Assembly (NCBI GenBank): GCA_013265495.1
Contig: MU058233.1
Span: forward strand, 35,038-99,037
Direction: 5' to 3'
Source of the DNA: Vicugna vicugna
Lineage: Eukaryota
Length of the DNA stretch: 64,000 nucleotides
In this document: positions 36,463 to 49,989 of the stretch, piece after piece
Layout of the letters: each line of letters starts with the position of its first letter
Position numbering within the stretch: position 1 is the stretch's first letter
Notes under the pieces: generated by a model
Databases searched by the model: none
What the model saw: only the letters and a program-made list of their open reading frames with translations
Told to the model about the DNA's origin: nothing
Translations under genes and position numbers: made by a program

Positions 36463-39404
36463 GGGTGGGCGTTCATTCTCCTCCTCCCAGTGGTTTGAAA
36501 GACTGTTGACTGCTGTCAGCAGTCAGGGCTGGGAGTGCACCTGTTAGAAGCTACCCCACTGCCCCTAAATGGCTTAAACAAGACCAGTAGCTAGTCAGGC
36601 TCACGTGCTGAGCCGTGAGGGTGGCGCAGCTCGTTTGGGGCTCACGAGGTGTCTCGAGGATTCGCCTCCAGGCTCAGCTCCCCCCGGCGGGCCGCGTTCT
36701 CCAGCTCTGCCTCCTGCAGCCCCAGCTCACCTCGCCCTCCACAGCCCCTCTGGGCTCAGCAGGAGCCCTGGGGTTGCAGCTGCCTGGCCTTGGCCAGCCA
36801 GACTGGGGTCCTGAGCTTCTCCCTCAGCGTAGCGCGATGCCCAGGAGAGAGCAGTGTTCTGGTCCAGCTCCTGCTTCAGGTGGCGTGAGCTTCGTCCAGA
36901 ATTCACACACCAAGAGGGCGGGGTTGGGGGTGCTGGGCTGTGGGGGAGCAGAATCCAGTGCACTTCTCTGAACAGCCTACTTATGTGTCCCTGAAATGGC
37001 TCCACGGCACGTGTCATAAATACCCCTGAAAAAGTCTGCCGTTGAGCCTGTTCCTCGGTGTTGACTGAGTTGCCCCCGCCCCCGCCAGCTGTGTACACAG
37101 AAGTGCCTTTGGTGTCGCTGCAGAGGTGGGGGCATGCCTGCCCTTCAGTGTCCGGGTGCTGCTGGCGCCAGAGCACGTGCTGTCCGGGCCTGGCAGGGCG
37201 GTGGGCTGCTGGCGACCCTGCCTTTGGGCCTGAGCTGCACCTGTGTCCTCCCCACAAAACGCGTGTCACCCTGGCACTGACGCCCTGGGTCGCGGGACAC
37301 GTGCTGAAGCGCCCCACTCTCAGGAGTGGCGGCTGGCAGGCCCCCGAGACGCGTCGGCGCAGGACACCCTGGGCCGCGGTTGTTGGGGGCTGCGACTGGG
37401 CGTGTGTGATCGGTTACCTTTTTCTTTTCAATTCTCAAGTCTCTGTAACTGCTGGGGTTTTTAATATCTTCTTAGTACTTTCAAGCTGGAGGGAGAGTGA
37501 TGAGCTCATCACAGCGCATCACCCGAGTTCAGCCTGGCCAAGCCCCCATGCCAGGCTGCTGACTTTCACCTTAATGGTGAAGGATCATCAATCGTTTGAT
37601 CTGAATCACTAGACCCCATGACTTGATTACAGGCTGTATTTTCAAAGCATCAGTTCAGTTAGCCCCTTGCCTTCAGACAGGGTGCTAAGCTACAAACACT
37701 GCGGAGAAACAAGTGTCCCTACTGACGGGCTTTAGGATGAAGGCGGAAGAGGCACTAATGGAGTTCAGAGATACCAGGTGTCGGTTGGCAGGAAAGCGTG
37801 AGCAGGAGCTCATCTGATGAGCCACCACTCGCCCTGTGCAGTTCTCCCTGGCCGGCCCCTGCGGCGCGGCGTCCGCCTGGCTCTTGTGCCCCTCGGAGGA
37901 TGTCCACGGGGGGACATGTTTCCCTCTCTCCTCCTCTAAAGCGCACAGCGTCGTGACTCCACGCCGTGGTTCTGTCTGAGTGTGTAGTGAAGGAGAACAC
38001 TGAGAAAGGCAGCCATCCTGGGTTTGTGTCCCCTTGCCCAGAGCAGACCACTTCCATAAAGGACGGAGAGCACGGCGCAGTCCTCCTGAAATGGGCTCTG
38101 TGTCCGTTTCCCTGGCAAGTCCCCATGCCCGGCCTCAGGAGGGACCCGCAGCAGCCCTGACTGCCCTGTGGTGCCCGGGGCCCCGAGCCCTCGCTCACGG
38201 AAACGCTTAGTGGTGGCCTCTGCCCCAGTCGCATCTCCTTTTCCGTGCAGTGTGTGTCCCTAGTGTTATGGGGGTTAATGCACTAAAAGCTGGTTTTTTC
38301 AGCAGCAGCAGCACAGCTCTCTATCAGCCAAACGCCCGGGGTGAGGGGGAGGGGGGTGAGCAGCCAGCACTTCCCTTCCTCCAGCCACAGAAGTTAGAAA
38401 GCTCGCGGTGTTTTATTTATTTTTGTCTTAATTTAAAATATCATTTAGTATGCATGCTTACAGAGTGCCTGAGTAGAAATTAGGTGTTCTTAGATGATAA
38501 AGGTTGGTGTCATGTTAGAACTGTTTTAACAGCAACCAATTATTTTAGAATTTAACCTGAAGACTCTTACTGCTATAAAAGAATTTGAAGCGAGAAAGGC
38601 CTGTTTGCTAACAAGAACTGCCCCGCGACGAAGCGGGTTCCCCGGAGAAGGTGTGGACAGAGCCTTAGAAAGGAAGTGGCAGTGAAGGAGGGGAGGCCCT
38701 TCCCCAGGCGCCCATGCCTAGGGCGTCTGAGCGGGAATAAATTGCGGTGTGAACAGGGCGCATTGTTCTCCAGCGACTCTCAGGCCTGCTGCCCCTCCGC
38801 TCGTGGTGGGTGGACGGCGGGGAAGGCGGGCAGTGCCTGTGAACGGCAGGAGGCTGCGACATTGCCGTCAGGCCAGGGCCCCCACCCGGCAGCATCCCCC
38901 TCTGGTGCCAGCCCTGCGACAGCACTGAGGTCTCCTCTCAGAGCCCCCGGCAGACGCGTGACTGCGGGGGAATCATCTGCACAGTGTGGGTCCCGGCGGA
39001 CCCAGGGAGAGGAGCAGGAGGCCAGGCCCGCGGCCCACAGCAGCAGCAGCCGCGCTACCTGCGAGACACCCCCCCGCCCCAGGGTCGCCCTCCATAAACC
39101 TTGTGGCTCAGCCCTCTGGGTCACAGGATGATAAACTGCACGTTTCTCGGTGTATCTCAAAAGTGAGTGGTGCTCCCTGGCTGCAGTTAAAATTCATTTC
39201 AAGCGAGCTGGGGAAACGGCCTTTCTGAGTCCGAGGGGCAGGGCGGGCGGTGGGCGCCGTGGCCGCAACGGGGACGTGGCGGCTGGGCTTGCTGGGTCTC
39301 TCTGGGGCAGGCTGTGTGGGGGCAGGGAGGGAGCTCTTTTCTTCACCTTACAGTGTGACGTGGACAGATGTTAGTGTTGACAAAAATAGGGTCACCGTGG
39401 CATT

Positions 39405-39519
39405 CTTATTTTTTGTTGGTTTTATATATATGTATACATTTAAATGGAGGGACTGGGGACTGAACCCAGGACCTCGTGCATGCTAAGCATGCACTCTGCC
39501 CCTGCACTATGCCCTGCCC
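39405..39519 (-). mobile_element. tRNA-Ala-derived SINE (Vic-1-like)
   Basis: Minus strand reads GGGCAGGGCATAGTGCAGGGGCAGAGTGCATGCTTAGCATGCACGAGGTCCTGGGTTCAGTCCCCAGTCCCTCC. Flanking ccgtggcatt / ccgtgtcatt is the probable TSD. Confidence 0.85.
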
Positions 39520-39996
39520 ACTTGCCGTGTCATTTTTAAAAGCTGAATACTAACTCGCTGCCTGGAATTGTTCGCCGTATTGAACCAGTAGCCTCCCTTT
39601 GATGGTCATCCAGGGTCATTGAAAGGTGGTGTGACGTGGTCCTTAGGTGTGCGTCCTGCACACTTGCGGGACTGTGTCTTCAGAACGAATTCCTAGAAAT
39701 GGGATTGCTCTGGATGGCACGGTGCTGAGGGTGGCGGTTCCTTGACCTGTGCGCTGGTGATCCTGTTGTGAAAATTCAGCAGGCAGTGCCCTTCAGATCC
39801 GTGCCCCCTCTGTGTGTCTGGCGCACTTGGCTGCAGAGCCTTTGAACGACGGATGCTGACTCGCCAAGTGCAGTGCTGTGCTGAGTGAATGCGTGCGGGG
39901 TGAGGCTGACTTGTGCTTAACAGCTTATCTTCTGTGGGATTCCTGTCCGTGGCTTTATTTTTTCCCTTCAGTTCTGCTGAGACACAAAAAAAACTG

Positions 39997-40458
39997 TGTT
40001 GACTGAAAAATAAAAAGCACGATGTGAGAGTTGTGGGTTAGGTTTCATTCGGGGCAAAATGAGGACCGTAGCCCAGGAGACAGACTCTTCAGATTGCTCT
40101 GAGGATCTGCTCCAAAGAGGTGGGGGAGGTCTGTGTATGTGTGATTTTAGTGAAGGGGGCACATGCGGTCAGGCACGCAGTTGGGCAGAAGGTTGCTGGG
40201 CACGAGGAGCAGGTGTCACCGTTGATGATGTTAGTGCTTTTCTAGAAATGAGGAATGCAAGTGTTCGGGCTCCTAAAACCTCCTGAAAATGTCCCACTGT
40301 CTAGGGCCCGTTCTGCCAGTTTTCCCAGAGCACTGATCGCCCCGTTCCTGATCTCCACCCTGAACTCCCTTCAGGGTGTGTTGAAGGTCAGTGACCGTGG
40401 TGGCTCATGACCTCATCTTTGCAGAACCAGGCGGCTAGTGACAATTTTCTATTTAGCA
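39997..40458 (-). mobile_element. Solo ERV LTR (resembles cetartiodactyl MER41-type ERV1 LTRs)
   Basis: About 460 bp bounded by TG...CA. Segments ggggcaaaatgaggac...gcccaggagacag...cagattgctctgagga.ctgctccaaagagg and gatctccaccctgaactcccttcagggtgtgttgaaggtcag resemble that LTR family as I recall it; the family name needs a Dfam check. Confidence 0.7.
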
Positions 40459-40600
40459 GTTGGCCCACAGCACCGTGTGTATAAGGTGTGCAGCGAGATT
40501 TGACTTACACATATTGCAAAATAACCGCCACAGTAACTTCAGTTTACATCCATCAGCTCATGTAGACACAAAAAAAGAAAGAACCGTGTTTTCCTTCTGA
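40459..40600 (-). mobile_element. LINE-1 3' end fragment, continuing from 39955-39996 across the LTR
   Basis: cacagcaccgtgtgtataaggtgtgcagc...atttgacttacacatattgcaaaataaccgccacagtaac...catccatcagctcatgtagacacaaaaaaag resembles an antisense L1MA-type 3' end. Confidence 0.65.
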
Positions 40601-41080
40601 CAGAGGGGTTTTTTTCATTCTTTTTCTGTTGAAGTGTAGTCAGTTAACAGAGTTTTTTAAAACAGGCAGGAACCTCTTCTAGTTCAGGCGAAGCAGAGTC
40701 ATGAAAACCTAGTGCTCAGGTGTGGGAAATCCCCTCTTCAGTGGGAGTCGCAGCTGTTTGTGGAAGGGCGAGCGTGGTGCCCTCCGTGCCCTGGTCCCCC
40801 CACTCCGTGCCCTGTCCCCCCCCAGCACCGCCACAGCCCGGTGTGCTTAGAGAGGAGCCGCGCACGGGGAGCTCGCAGGGAGAGGCGGGCCTTCGTTCTC
40901 CTGGCCTCTGAGGAGCCGTCAGTCTTCCTGAGATGCCAGGGATGTTTTTAGAGCCCCCGGGAGAGACGTGGTCTGCTCTGAGAGGTGTTGGTGCCTTACT
41001 GGTGAGAGGGCCCCAGAGCTGAAATTGTATAAATGCACATGTTACATGTTACGATTTCCCGGGTTTGCTCCCGTCCCCAG

Positions 41081-41346
41081 GAAGCCAGCGCTGCGTCCTG
41101 TCCCCTGCTGACCGGAGGCAGGCCTCTGCCGACTTCGGACGTTAAAGCCCCAGATGGGCCCCCGAGCAGAAGCAGAGACCCCCCGAGGGAAGAGGAGAGG
41201 GAGAAGAAGAAGAAGAAGCACAGAAAGCGGTCGCGGACCCGCTCGCGCTCTCCCAAGTACCACTCGTCGTCCAAGTCCCGGTCCAGATCCCACTCAAAAG
41301 CAAAGCATTGTCTTCCCAGTGCCTATCGGACGGCCCGGCGCTCCAG
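41081..41346 (+). CDS. SFSWAP: SFSWAP coding exon (probably exon 14), start of RS domain with basic NLS-like run
   Basis: gctcccgtccccag|GAA...TCCAG|gtgggt; 266 nt, phase 0->2. Translates [18 protein letters not shown]...[48 protein letters not shown](R). Confidence 0.96.
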
Positions 41347-44300
41347 GTGGGTGTGCAGGGCGCGGCTCCCCAGCCCGGCCCCAGCCCGTGCGTCTGTGCG
41401 CAGACGCGTCCTGCCAGCTCGAGCAAGAGCCTTTCTGAAGCTCCTCGGCTACTGCTGGCTGTTTTTGAAAATAGATTTAAATTTTTAACAGATCTTGGAA
41501 GCAGGCCTAGCATATTTGCTGAAATGTGTGGCCAGCTTCACTGGGTTGGGGGTCTGTGGTTAGGTTTGAGCGGGTGGACTTAGCCAGGCCAGTTCCTTTT
41601 GAACGTGTAAAGCCGGAGCCGAAGGCTCCCTGCTGCGGCGGCGGGCACCTCCGCGTGGCGTGCGCGTGGGCACGGGGAGAAGGGCGTGCGGGGCGCACGT
41701 CCATTCTCTCAGTGAAGCTGCCTCTGCACGTCTCCCACTCACAGCCACTGTGTAACCAAAAGCCACCTTCACGAGGAGCCAGCTTTTGAAAAAGCAGCTT
41801 CACGTTTCAGGCAGCAGAAGTAATACATATGAAAACCTGTAAGATCACAGAATGTACTGCTTAATAAGACACTCCTGTTTTGTTTTGTTCTGTTTCAAGC
41901 AGCTGGCTCCCAGGAGGTTCAGAAGAGCAGATTTCTGGTCTTAGAACTCCCATCGTGCGTTCTGGTTTGTTCCTGAGTGTCAGTTGGGCCTCCCTGAGTT
42001 TCCCTTCAGCACAGCGCTTGCACGGCTGTGAACCAGCTTTTCCAACACAGTCGATGTTAGCGCCTTCCTTTCCGTGGGAAGAATGCGGACGCCCTGTGCT
42101 TTTTGCTTTCTGTGTCTGAAGAAGTATGCTTACGTACACATGCGCCTCTCTGAATATGCCCCAAACCAGGTGCTTTTCCTGTTTCATCCAGACCAAGCCT
42201 TAAAGGCTTGCCTAGTGTTTACACTTACCTACGGTATTACGGGATTTGCCTCCGAGACAAGTAAGTTTGATCTTTGGCGCTCTGCATCTTTGCTGGTCCT
42301 TCAGGAGTTCTGTCAGTCCTCACGCACACACCCCCTTCATTGCTGTTCAATTAAAAGAACGGCTTTGCTGATGCATTTGCAGGTTTTGAAGGCCCCAGAC
42401 ATGTGTGCGTATGTGCCAAGACTTTTTAAAGTTCCTTATGTGAGAAAACTTGTGACATCAAATAGTGGAAATAAATCACACAGGCCTGTGCAAGCCCTCT
42501 GAGTACTAACACACCCAGTGGAGCTGACGCGTAAGCCCCCAGCTGGGGGGCGGGTAACTCCGGGCTCCTAGGGGGCTCTGTGGTCTGCGACCTGCGCCTC
42601 CACGTTGAGTGTCCGGCCAGCACAGTAGGCACTGGTGCGTAGTATTGAAACGCAGCCCGTCTGCTCGGTTGTCAGGAGGGACGGTGTAATGGCCACGAGC
42701 TTTTCCCCAGACTGGTCTGTTCAGAACTGAAAGTGTTCGTGAAACATTTGGGATTACAAGTTCCTAGGTTTTTGTGCCTTTTATTGACCATCTATAATAG
42801 AATAAGTCATTCTATGTATAATGTTAATGCTCTTGAAGTAGCTTTTATTCTACAACAGACTGAGTTACGTATGTCGTGTACAAGTACATGTTACGTTGTG
42901 AACACGTTCGGTGCCGGCAAATGCGAGGGGCACAGCCCTAACCCTGAGTTTGTGATTTTCAGTTAAAAGAAAACAGCGCCTCACGGTTTCAGTGTGAGCT
43001 CTGGGCCGACAGGCGGCCGACCTCACCCTCATTTGACCTACAGGTGAAATTGTTCGTGGGTAAACAGAGTGTTTCCATAACTCGCGAACTTCTTTCCAAT
43101 CTCAGTGGCATCTCTGTGATACTTCGTTAGCGCTGGTCACAGCGGCTGGCTTCAGTTCGCCAAGTCAGTCGGGTCTTCGATGTTTGGTTTTGCAGTTCAC
43201 AGCAAGTATCAAGGCAAAGTGCAGCTGTATCATAAAAAAATTCTTTAATGGTTTTGTAAAACGGAACCTTCCGACTGTTTGTCCAGTAAGTTTTGCTCTG
43301 AAAGCTTGTGCGTGACGGCGATGCTCCCTGAAACCAGGGCCCTGCGGCGGGCTGGAGGTCTTGGCGGTGAAGCGGGGAGACCAGCTGTCCTGTGGGTGGG
43401 GCCTGGGCCCTGGGGACCCGAGTCAGATGAGTCACCTTCACCTTGAAGAATCCTGCCTCAGCTCTTACTTCTGAGACGAGTGTATCGTTCGCTAACACTG
43501 CATTTTCCCTAAGCTGGTTGCAGACCTGCTGTCTCAGTCCAGGCTCACACTGATCACCCAGCCAACAGCGACCGGGTCCAGGGATCCAGCTGGGTCTAGA
43601 ATGCAGTGCTTACCAGACGGAGAGGCGCGTCTTCTCAGTCACACGAACCGTTGACGTGTCAAAACAGCTTCATTTTAACCAAAAAGTTGACGTCGTTAAC
43701 GGTACTGTCATAATTCCTTCTTTAACTGTCCGTCTTTTCAGACGGACTAACTGGCTGCAGACGTAATGCCTACGTAGCAGGCAGCAGCCCTGCGTCTCGG
43801 GCCTGGCGCGGCCTAGTCCGTTGTTCTGTGAAGGCGACTGCCAGCCCCGAGTGGGAGGGCGCGTGTTAGTGTTTCTGCTTGTGGTGGGGTTCCGCAGTGG
43901 GAGTGGATTTCCCTTTGTGTGCTGAATTATCAGCACCCTACGCAAATGTAGAAAGTCAGCGTTAGAAAGCTCTTCTGTATCGTGAGTGATTTTTATGTTA
44001 ACATGTTAACGTTCCTTGTGGTTGAAGTCCCGTTTATCCAGTTGGTCTGAATTAGAGGTGGCTGGGTCTCCAAAGGTGAACTCGTCGTGGAAAAGTCTTC
44101 CGTTTTGGAAATCAGTCTGCTGCTTCTCAGAAGGCGCAGTAATTACCACCAGGCAGCGTTCAGTGCGCTTTAAACCAGCACTGATTAAAGTGCGAGGCGT
44201 TTGTCTCGGTCATTGTCCGCTTTCACGTGACAGCAGGTTTATATTTTAATGGGATGAAGACGTACGCATGGAGTTTACTGCCTAAAATTAAAATTTGGTT

Positions 44301-47074
44301 TTAGCGGTTTAGGTAATTTAAAACTAAACTTAGTGAGACTAAAGCTTAAAGTTCAGTTTATTTTTGAAGCCTTCGATAAGCTCGCCTTTGGTGTCGTTTC
44401 ACTGGTTAGTCGGCGTCTGCGGGGGGAGGTTCGCACCCTGCGTTTTGAGGCGCTCTGTGTGGAGGGGCTGCGTGGCTCCCCGTGCCGCGTCCAGAAGTGA
44501 AGCCCCCCAGGAATCTGTCTTGGCGGGGGGTGGCTAGGACTTAATGTGGCTTTTTTAACAATTATATTTATCGTTCAAAAAGAACTCAAGCAGGCAAAAC
44601 TGGGGTCGTGTTTGGTTTGAAGTATGTAATTCCTCAGTTTCCCCATGATAAACTGCGTGGCAAACCCGTGAGGGTAACTGGTTTAACCTCCTGATCCTCA
44701 TCCTTAAAGGAAGCTTGGGGCGCTTGGCGTCCCCACAAGCTGACGGCCCGCGTGCTGGTGTTCCGGGAAGCAAATCATGACCCACAGACAGAGCTGGCCC
44801 GCTGTGTTAATTGCAGTGTCAGGAGGGACGGGGGCGCACTGGCCCCGGGAGGGGTTCGTTGGGTCTGCAGTTCAAACGTGAGAAGAGCCAAGGCTTGGAG
44901 GGCTCTTGGTTGCTCAGTCTGGTTGTCGGCACCAGGTCCTTGCTGCCGGCCCCGGTCCACTCGGTCAGCCCCGCGGGGACCTTGAGTTTTGGTGAAGCAG
45001 CAGGACTGGAGGGGGTGGGGGGATGAAACGGTTAAATGCTAGGGAAGGGGGGGCCGCTTATAAATACCGCTGTCATTCAGACTGAAAGTTCTCTTGTGCT
45101 TTTATTTGAAAGGAAACCATTATTATTCAAGGGAAAAAAATCTGAGTAGCGTCATGCTTGAAATTTTTTGGATTCAGACTAGTTCATCTTTATGAGGCCT
45201 CTGGTCACATCGTACAGATGATTTACTTACAAAGTGGAATTCCTGTTCTGTGCACTGTGTCATGGTAGCAATATTAAAAGCCTAATTAACAGAATAAAAG
45301 CATTGGAGCTTCTTTAATTAAAATAAAGCCTGGGCATTATCTGATACAGCTCACGGCCCTCAATTCTGAAATGGGCTTCTTTCCCAGGTAACTCGAAGTC
45401 CACCGGTAGTGGCCGCCGCCCTTTAGAGAGATCTGATACCGTTAGCCACCACAAAACGGCATTGTATTTCAAAGTTACGAATCTGCAGGCATTAAAAACA
45501 AATGCGTTGTTCCTGGTTGCTGAGTTTATTGTAGGATTCTGCGTGTAAGCGTTCCGCAGGTGCTGTGGCTTTGATTAAGCTGAGCTTTCCCAGGGTCCTG
45601 CTTCCGCCCCGCCCAGCCTGTTCCGAATGGGAGGTGTGTGCCTCCTTCCGTGTCACAGGCCCACAGCCTCCCAGGCACGTGGGGCCCAGGCCCCGTCAGA
45701 GCAGCCAGCCGTGGCGGCGGCAGAGAGGACAGTTCCCAGGCAGCCTGGACCTCGGGCACATTCACCTCCTGGAGCTCTTTTGAGGGAAAACCTGCTAAAA
45801 TGTCAGGGTGTCTGACCGACCTCACCTTTGTGATCTGTTACCTGAATCTCAGGAAGGGTCTGGGGGAGAAGAGGTGAAAACCGTCCTTTATATGAGCTGC
45901 AAGACGCTGTGTTAAGAGCTGTCCTGAGGCCGAGGCCGTGCGTCCCCGCGCCGGGCCGTTCCGGGGCCACGGTGCCGTGCCAGGGGTGACTCGGGGCTTT
46001 CTCCGCGACCCGGCACGGGGAGTGTGCTTACGGGCTGTGCGCCTGCAGGGTGTGTTGTTCGGGGGCGGCTCCTGGGACTGAGGCGACTCCGTGTGGGATT
46101 TCCTTGGACGGCAGAAGCAGACATCTCTCCTTTCCATTGTTTTTGAGCGGGTTGTCATAGAGACGGGACGGAAAGAAAGTGTTTTTTCCAGATTTCTGCT
46201 TATTTTAGGTCTTCCCTAAACAGTAATTTCACCAAAGGAACAAAAAACTAAAATAAGAGTCCTGAACCCATTGTCAAGCAGTGCTGTGCTGAGGACGTTG
46301 ACCCTGCGGGCGAGGGTCTCACGCTGGAGTGCTGCGTGCCGCGGTCCGTGGGCTGCGGTTGCCCTGCGTGAATACAACAGTCCTCGTCTGGCACTTGAAA
46401 AGGAAGAGTAAAATATTAGTGGGTAATTTTGTTTCCAGGAAGCCTCACAAACAACTATTTAGCCGGAACGTTCATGAGGAGGGCCCGGTGTGAACTGGAC
46501 TGAAGGTTCGGGCGTCACGCCAGCAGACGTGGAGGCCAGCAGGCCGTGAGATGAGTGTGAATGAGAGAAGTCACCAGGTCCTCCTCTGACTTCATGACGC
46601 TTTGGTTTCTTCCTCTTGCCAGTGTTCAAAACAAGTAGAAACAGCTCACTTGAATCTCAGGGCCTTTCCTTTACCTAATTTGGTAGCAACATCCATGAGC
46701 TGGGGATTTCTTAAAGCGATCAGGTGGGCAAAGGCAAAAGGAAGGAAGAGAAAAGGCCCGTGAGCCGCGAGCCGCAGCGGGACATCCGGCCCTAGGGTGA
46801 CCATTTGGACCGGCAGCACGGAGCTCCCCTCCAGTGCCCCGGGTAGAGGGTTGGCGTTGGTGTGACAAGCGTCCTACAACGGGAGAGGGGAACATCTCCG
46901 CCTCCGAGCGCGGACGCAGTGCTGCGTCAGCAGAGGAGTGAGGCTGGGGCGGGCCTCGAAGGGCAGGCGGGGCCCCCACGGGCTCGTTCCAGGGCTGACG
47001 GCTGCCTCAGTGGTGGACGTGCTCCCCTGCCCCCCCCCGACACAGGACTGAAACGCCTGTCCTCCTCCGCACAG

Positions 47075-47200
47075 GTCCCGGTCCCGGTCCCCTCGGAGAA
47101 GAGCGCACTCTCCCGAGAGACGGCGGGAGGACAGAAGTGTCCCCACCGCCTACCGGATGAGCAACAGCCCCGGAGTCAGCAGGAAGCGGACCCGGTCCAG
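47075..47200 (+). CDS. SFSWAP: SFSWAP coding exon (probably exon 15), RS domain
   Basis: cctcctccgcacag|G...TCCAG|gtaggc; 126 nt, phase 2->2. Translates [41 protein letters not shown](R). Confidence 0.95.
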
Positions 47201-47445
47201 GTAGGCGGCGGTTCTCACGGACGCGGATCTGCTGGAAGGGACGGGGTGACCTGGCGCACACATTTCTAACACAGAGCTGTAGGTCGTCGGGAAGCGGCGC
47301 TCTGGCCAGCCTGAGTGGTCCCGGCAGGGTGGTCCTGGCTCTGGAACTCAGATGCAGAGGGAGCTCTCCCGTGCTGGAACCGGGTGCCCTCTGGACCCCC
47401 ACACACAGGGACGAGTGACAAGGAAAACCAGAAGTTTGAGTTTCA

Positions 47446-48081
<636 letters not shown>

Positions 48082-49211
48082 TTACAGGTGTCCCAGCTGT
48101 CACCAGACGAACTTGTGCACAGCCTCTGAGACGCCCCTTCATCAGCAAGAGCCTTGCAACAGCGGGAGCAGTTCTGAGAGGCGTTGCTGCCTGAAAAATG
48201 TCCCTGCAGTCTGGCTAGTTATGCGCTGGGCCCGTCAGCTGATAAAATGTCATCTCTCTTTCAACAGAAACATCAGCAAAGGAGCTATAAAGCTGGTAGA
48301 TTTCAGCAAGGCTTCCTGTACAAACTCACTCTGTTTATAAATTACACTTTGTGCCGTAGAACTCCCACGCTAAGCATACGTGACTGGGCCAGAATAATAT
48401 GGTGAAAGTTGAAGTCCATTTTAAATTTTATTCCTTATGCAAGTAATTGATACTTGAAATTTATCATCACTTTGGTGTAGATAAAGGGCTTGATCTAAAA
48501 TTAATTCCTTATAAAAAATTTTTTTAAATAAAAGAAATTCCTTATAGCAGAAGATGTAACGTCAGAGTTCTTGCTTTGCCCCCAGATTAACCTTTGCATG
48601 AAAAGAGACATCACTGGGGAAGGCGGTGGTGTGTTAGGACTCCTCAGAACTTGTGTTGCCACCAGGACTTCAGCAAGCGTGCAAAGGAAGTTAAGGTCCG
48701 ACTCACTGACAGACAGGACTAAAGCTGTGGCCTGACTCGGGGAGCCGTGAGCCGCAGGGCAGTGTGTGTGCAGTTAGTGGTCTTGATTATAAACCCGAGC
48801 CGTCTGTAGGGCCAGGGTGTGCTCTGTCAGCAGGCGAGCTGTGCCAGCCGGAGGTCAGACCCCGGTGCCCCTCCACCCTTCTGCCCAGAGTAGGGGCGGG
48901 GTCTCTGTGCTGGTGTGGCAGCAGGTGACGGACTCGCCCACCAGGGCAGGGTCACGTGACCCGACTGGGGGAGGCGCCTCCTGCCAGGCCGAGGGAGTGT
49001 TCCTGCAAACTGATTGCAGGTGCCTCCTTCACTGCCTTGTTTTTCCCGCAGGTCTCTTACCTTACTGGAAAATGGTGCTTGGTGTTTAAAATAGTGCGTG
49101 AACCAGCACCGCGCCTCCGGCTCCACCCACAGTGTTACCATTCTGCCACGTGCACTTTGCTCGCTGGCTCCCTCTCCCTCCCTCAGTCCCCACTCCTTCT
49201 CTCCTCCTTCC

Positions 49212-49213
<2 letters not shown>

Positions 49214-49243
<30 letters not shown>
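49214..49243. repeat. (TG)15 microsatellite
   Basis: Read directly from the sequence. Confidence 0.95.
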
Positions 49244-49246
<3 letters not shown>

Positions 49247-49989
49247 TTCAGGACTCTGACAAGTCTGGGCTGGCTGTGTCCTTGAAGGTCCCACGTTGCA
49301 CGAGTCGCACTGTGTCCTCTTGGCTACTTTCGTGCTAAACACTTTTGTCCAGACACTGATGTCCTATGACCTCCTGTTGCATCACACCAGGGGACACACA
49401 GTGTCCCTTTGCCCCATGGCCAGTGGTGCTGAGTTCGAGCGCTTGGTTAAGGCTGCATCTGCCGTGTAATCGTACCTTCCCGCTGTGAACTAACAGGTAC
49501 CCTGCGGGGGACCCTGGGGCAGGGTGAACGTCATGTTGCCGGCAGCTCTCTCCTCACTCCTTCTCTGAAGACCACCCCTCTTCGTTTCAGTGTCACTGTG
49601 GACTTGGGCTTTGATTTGCTGTGTGACAGTCCATTTGCACCACCACGTGCTGTTTGGTGGTGACACTGTCTCGCATTTGGCCCCACACCTGGGCTCAGCC
49701 GTGTCTCCTAGGAATCCTGGCTCCTTTTAGTGAATGTTGAGAAATCTAGTTCTGGGCGTGGTGAATGTTTTTAAAAGTAAAATTCATGAAAGTGTTTAGC
49801 CAAATCGTATCACAGTGCACTCCAGCAGGGTGTCCCAGTTACTTTACGACAGCAGATAACAAGTGATTGGCTGGGGGGGGCTTGCCTTGAATTCCCACTG
49901 CTCAGCACGGCGCCGAGCACGTCGGTCAGCGCCTGAGTGAGTGAACGGGAACATGCTGCTGCTACACGGCTCTTACGTTACACATGAAG

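Noticed and set aside
43997..44010. Perfect 14-bp palindrome GTTAACATGTTAAC
   Set aside because: A few palindromes of this length are expected by chance in 64 kb.
46920..47074. Possible in-frame 5' extension of the 47075 exon via upstream CAGs at 46919/46930/46933
   Set aside because: Poor pyrimidine tracts, and stops intervene (TGA at 46939 for the first, in-frame TGA at 47049 for the others).
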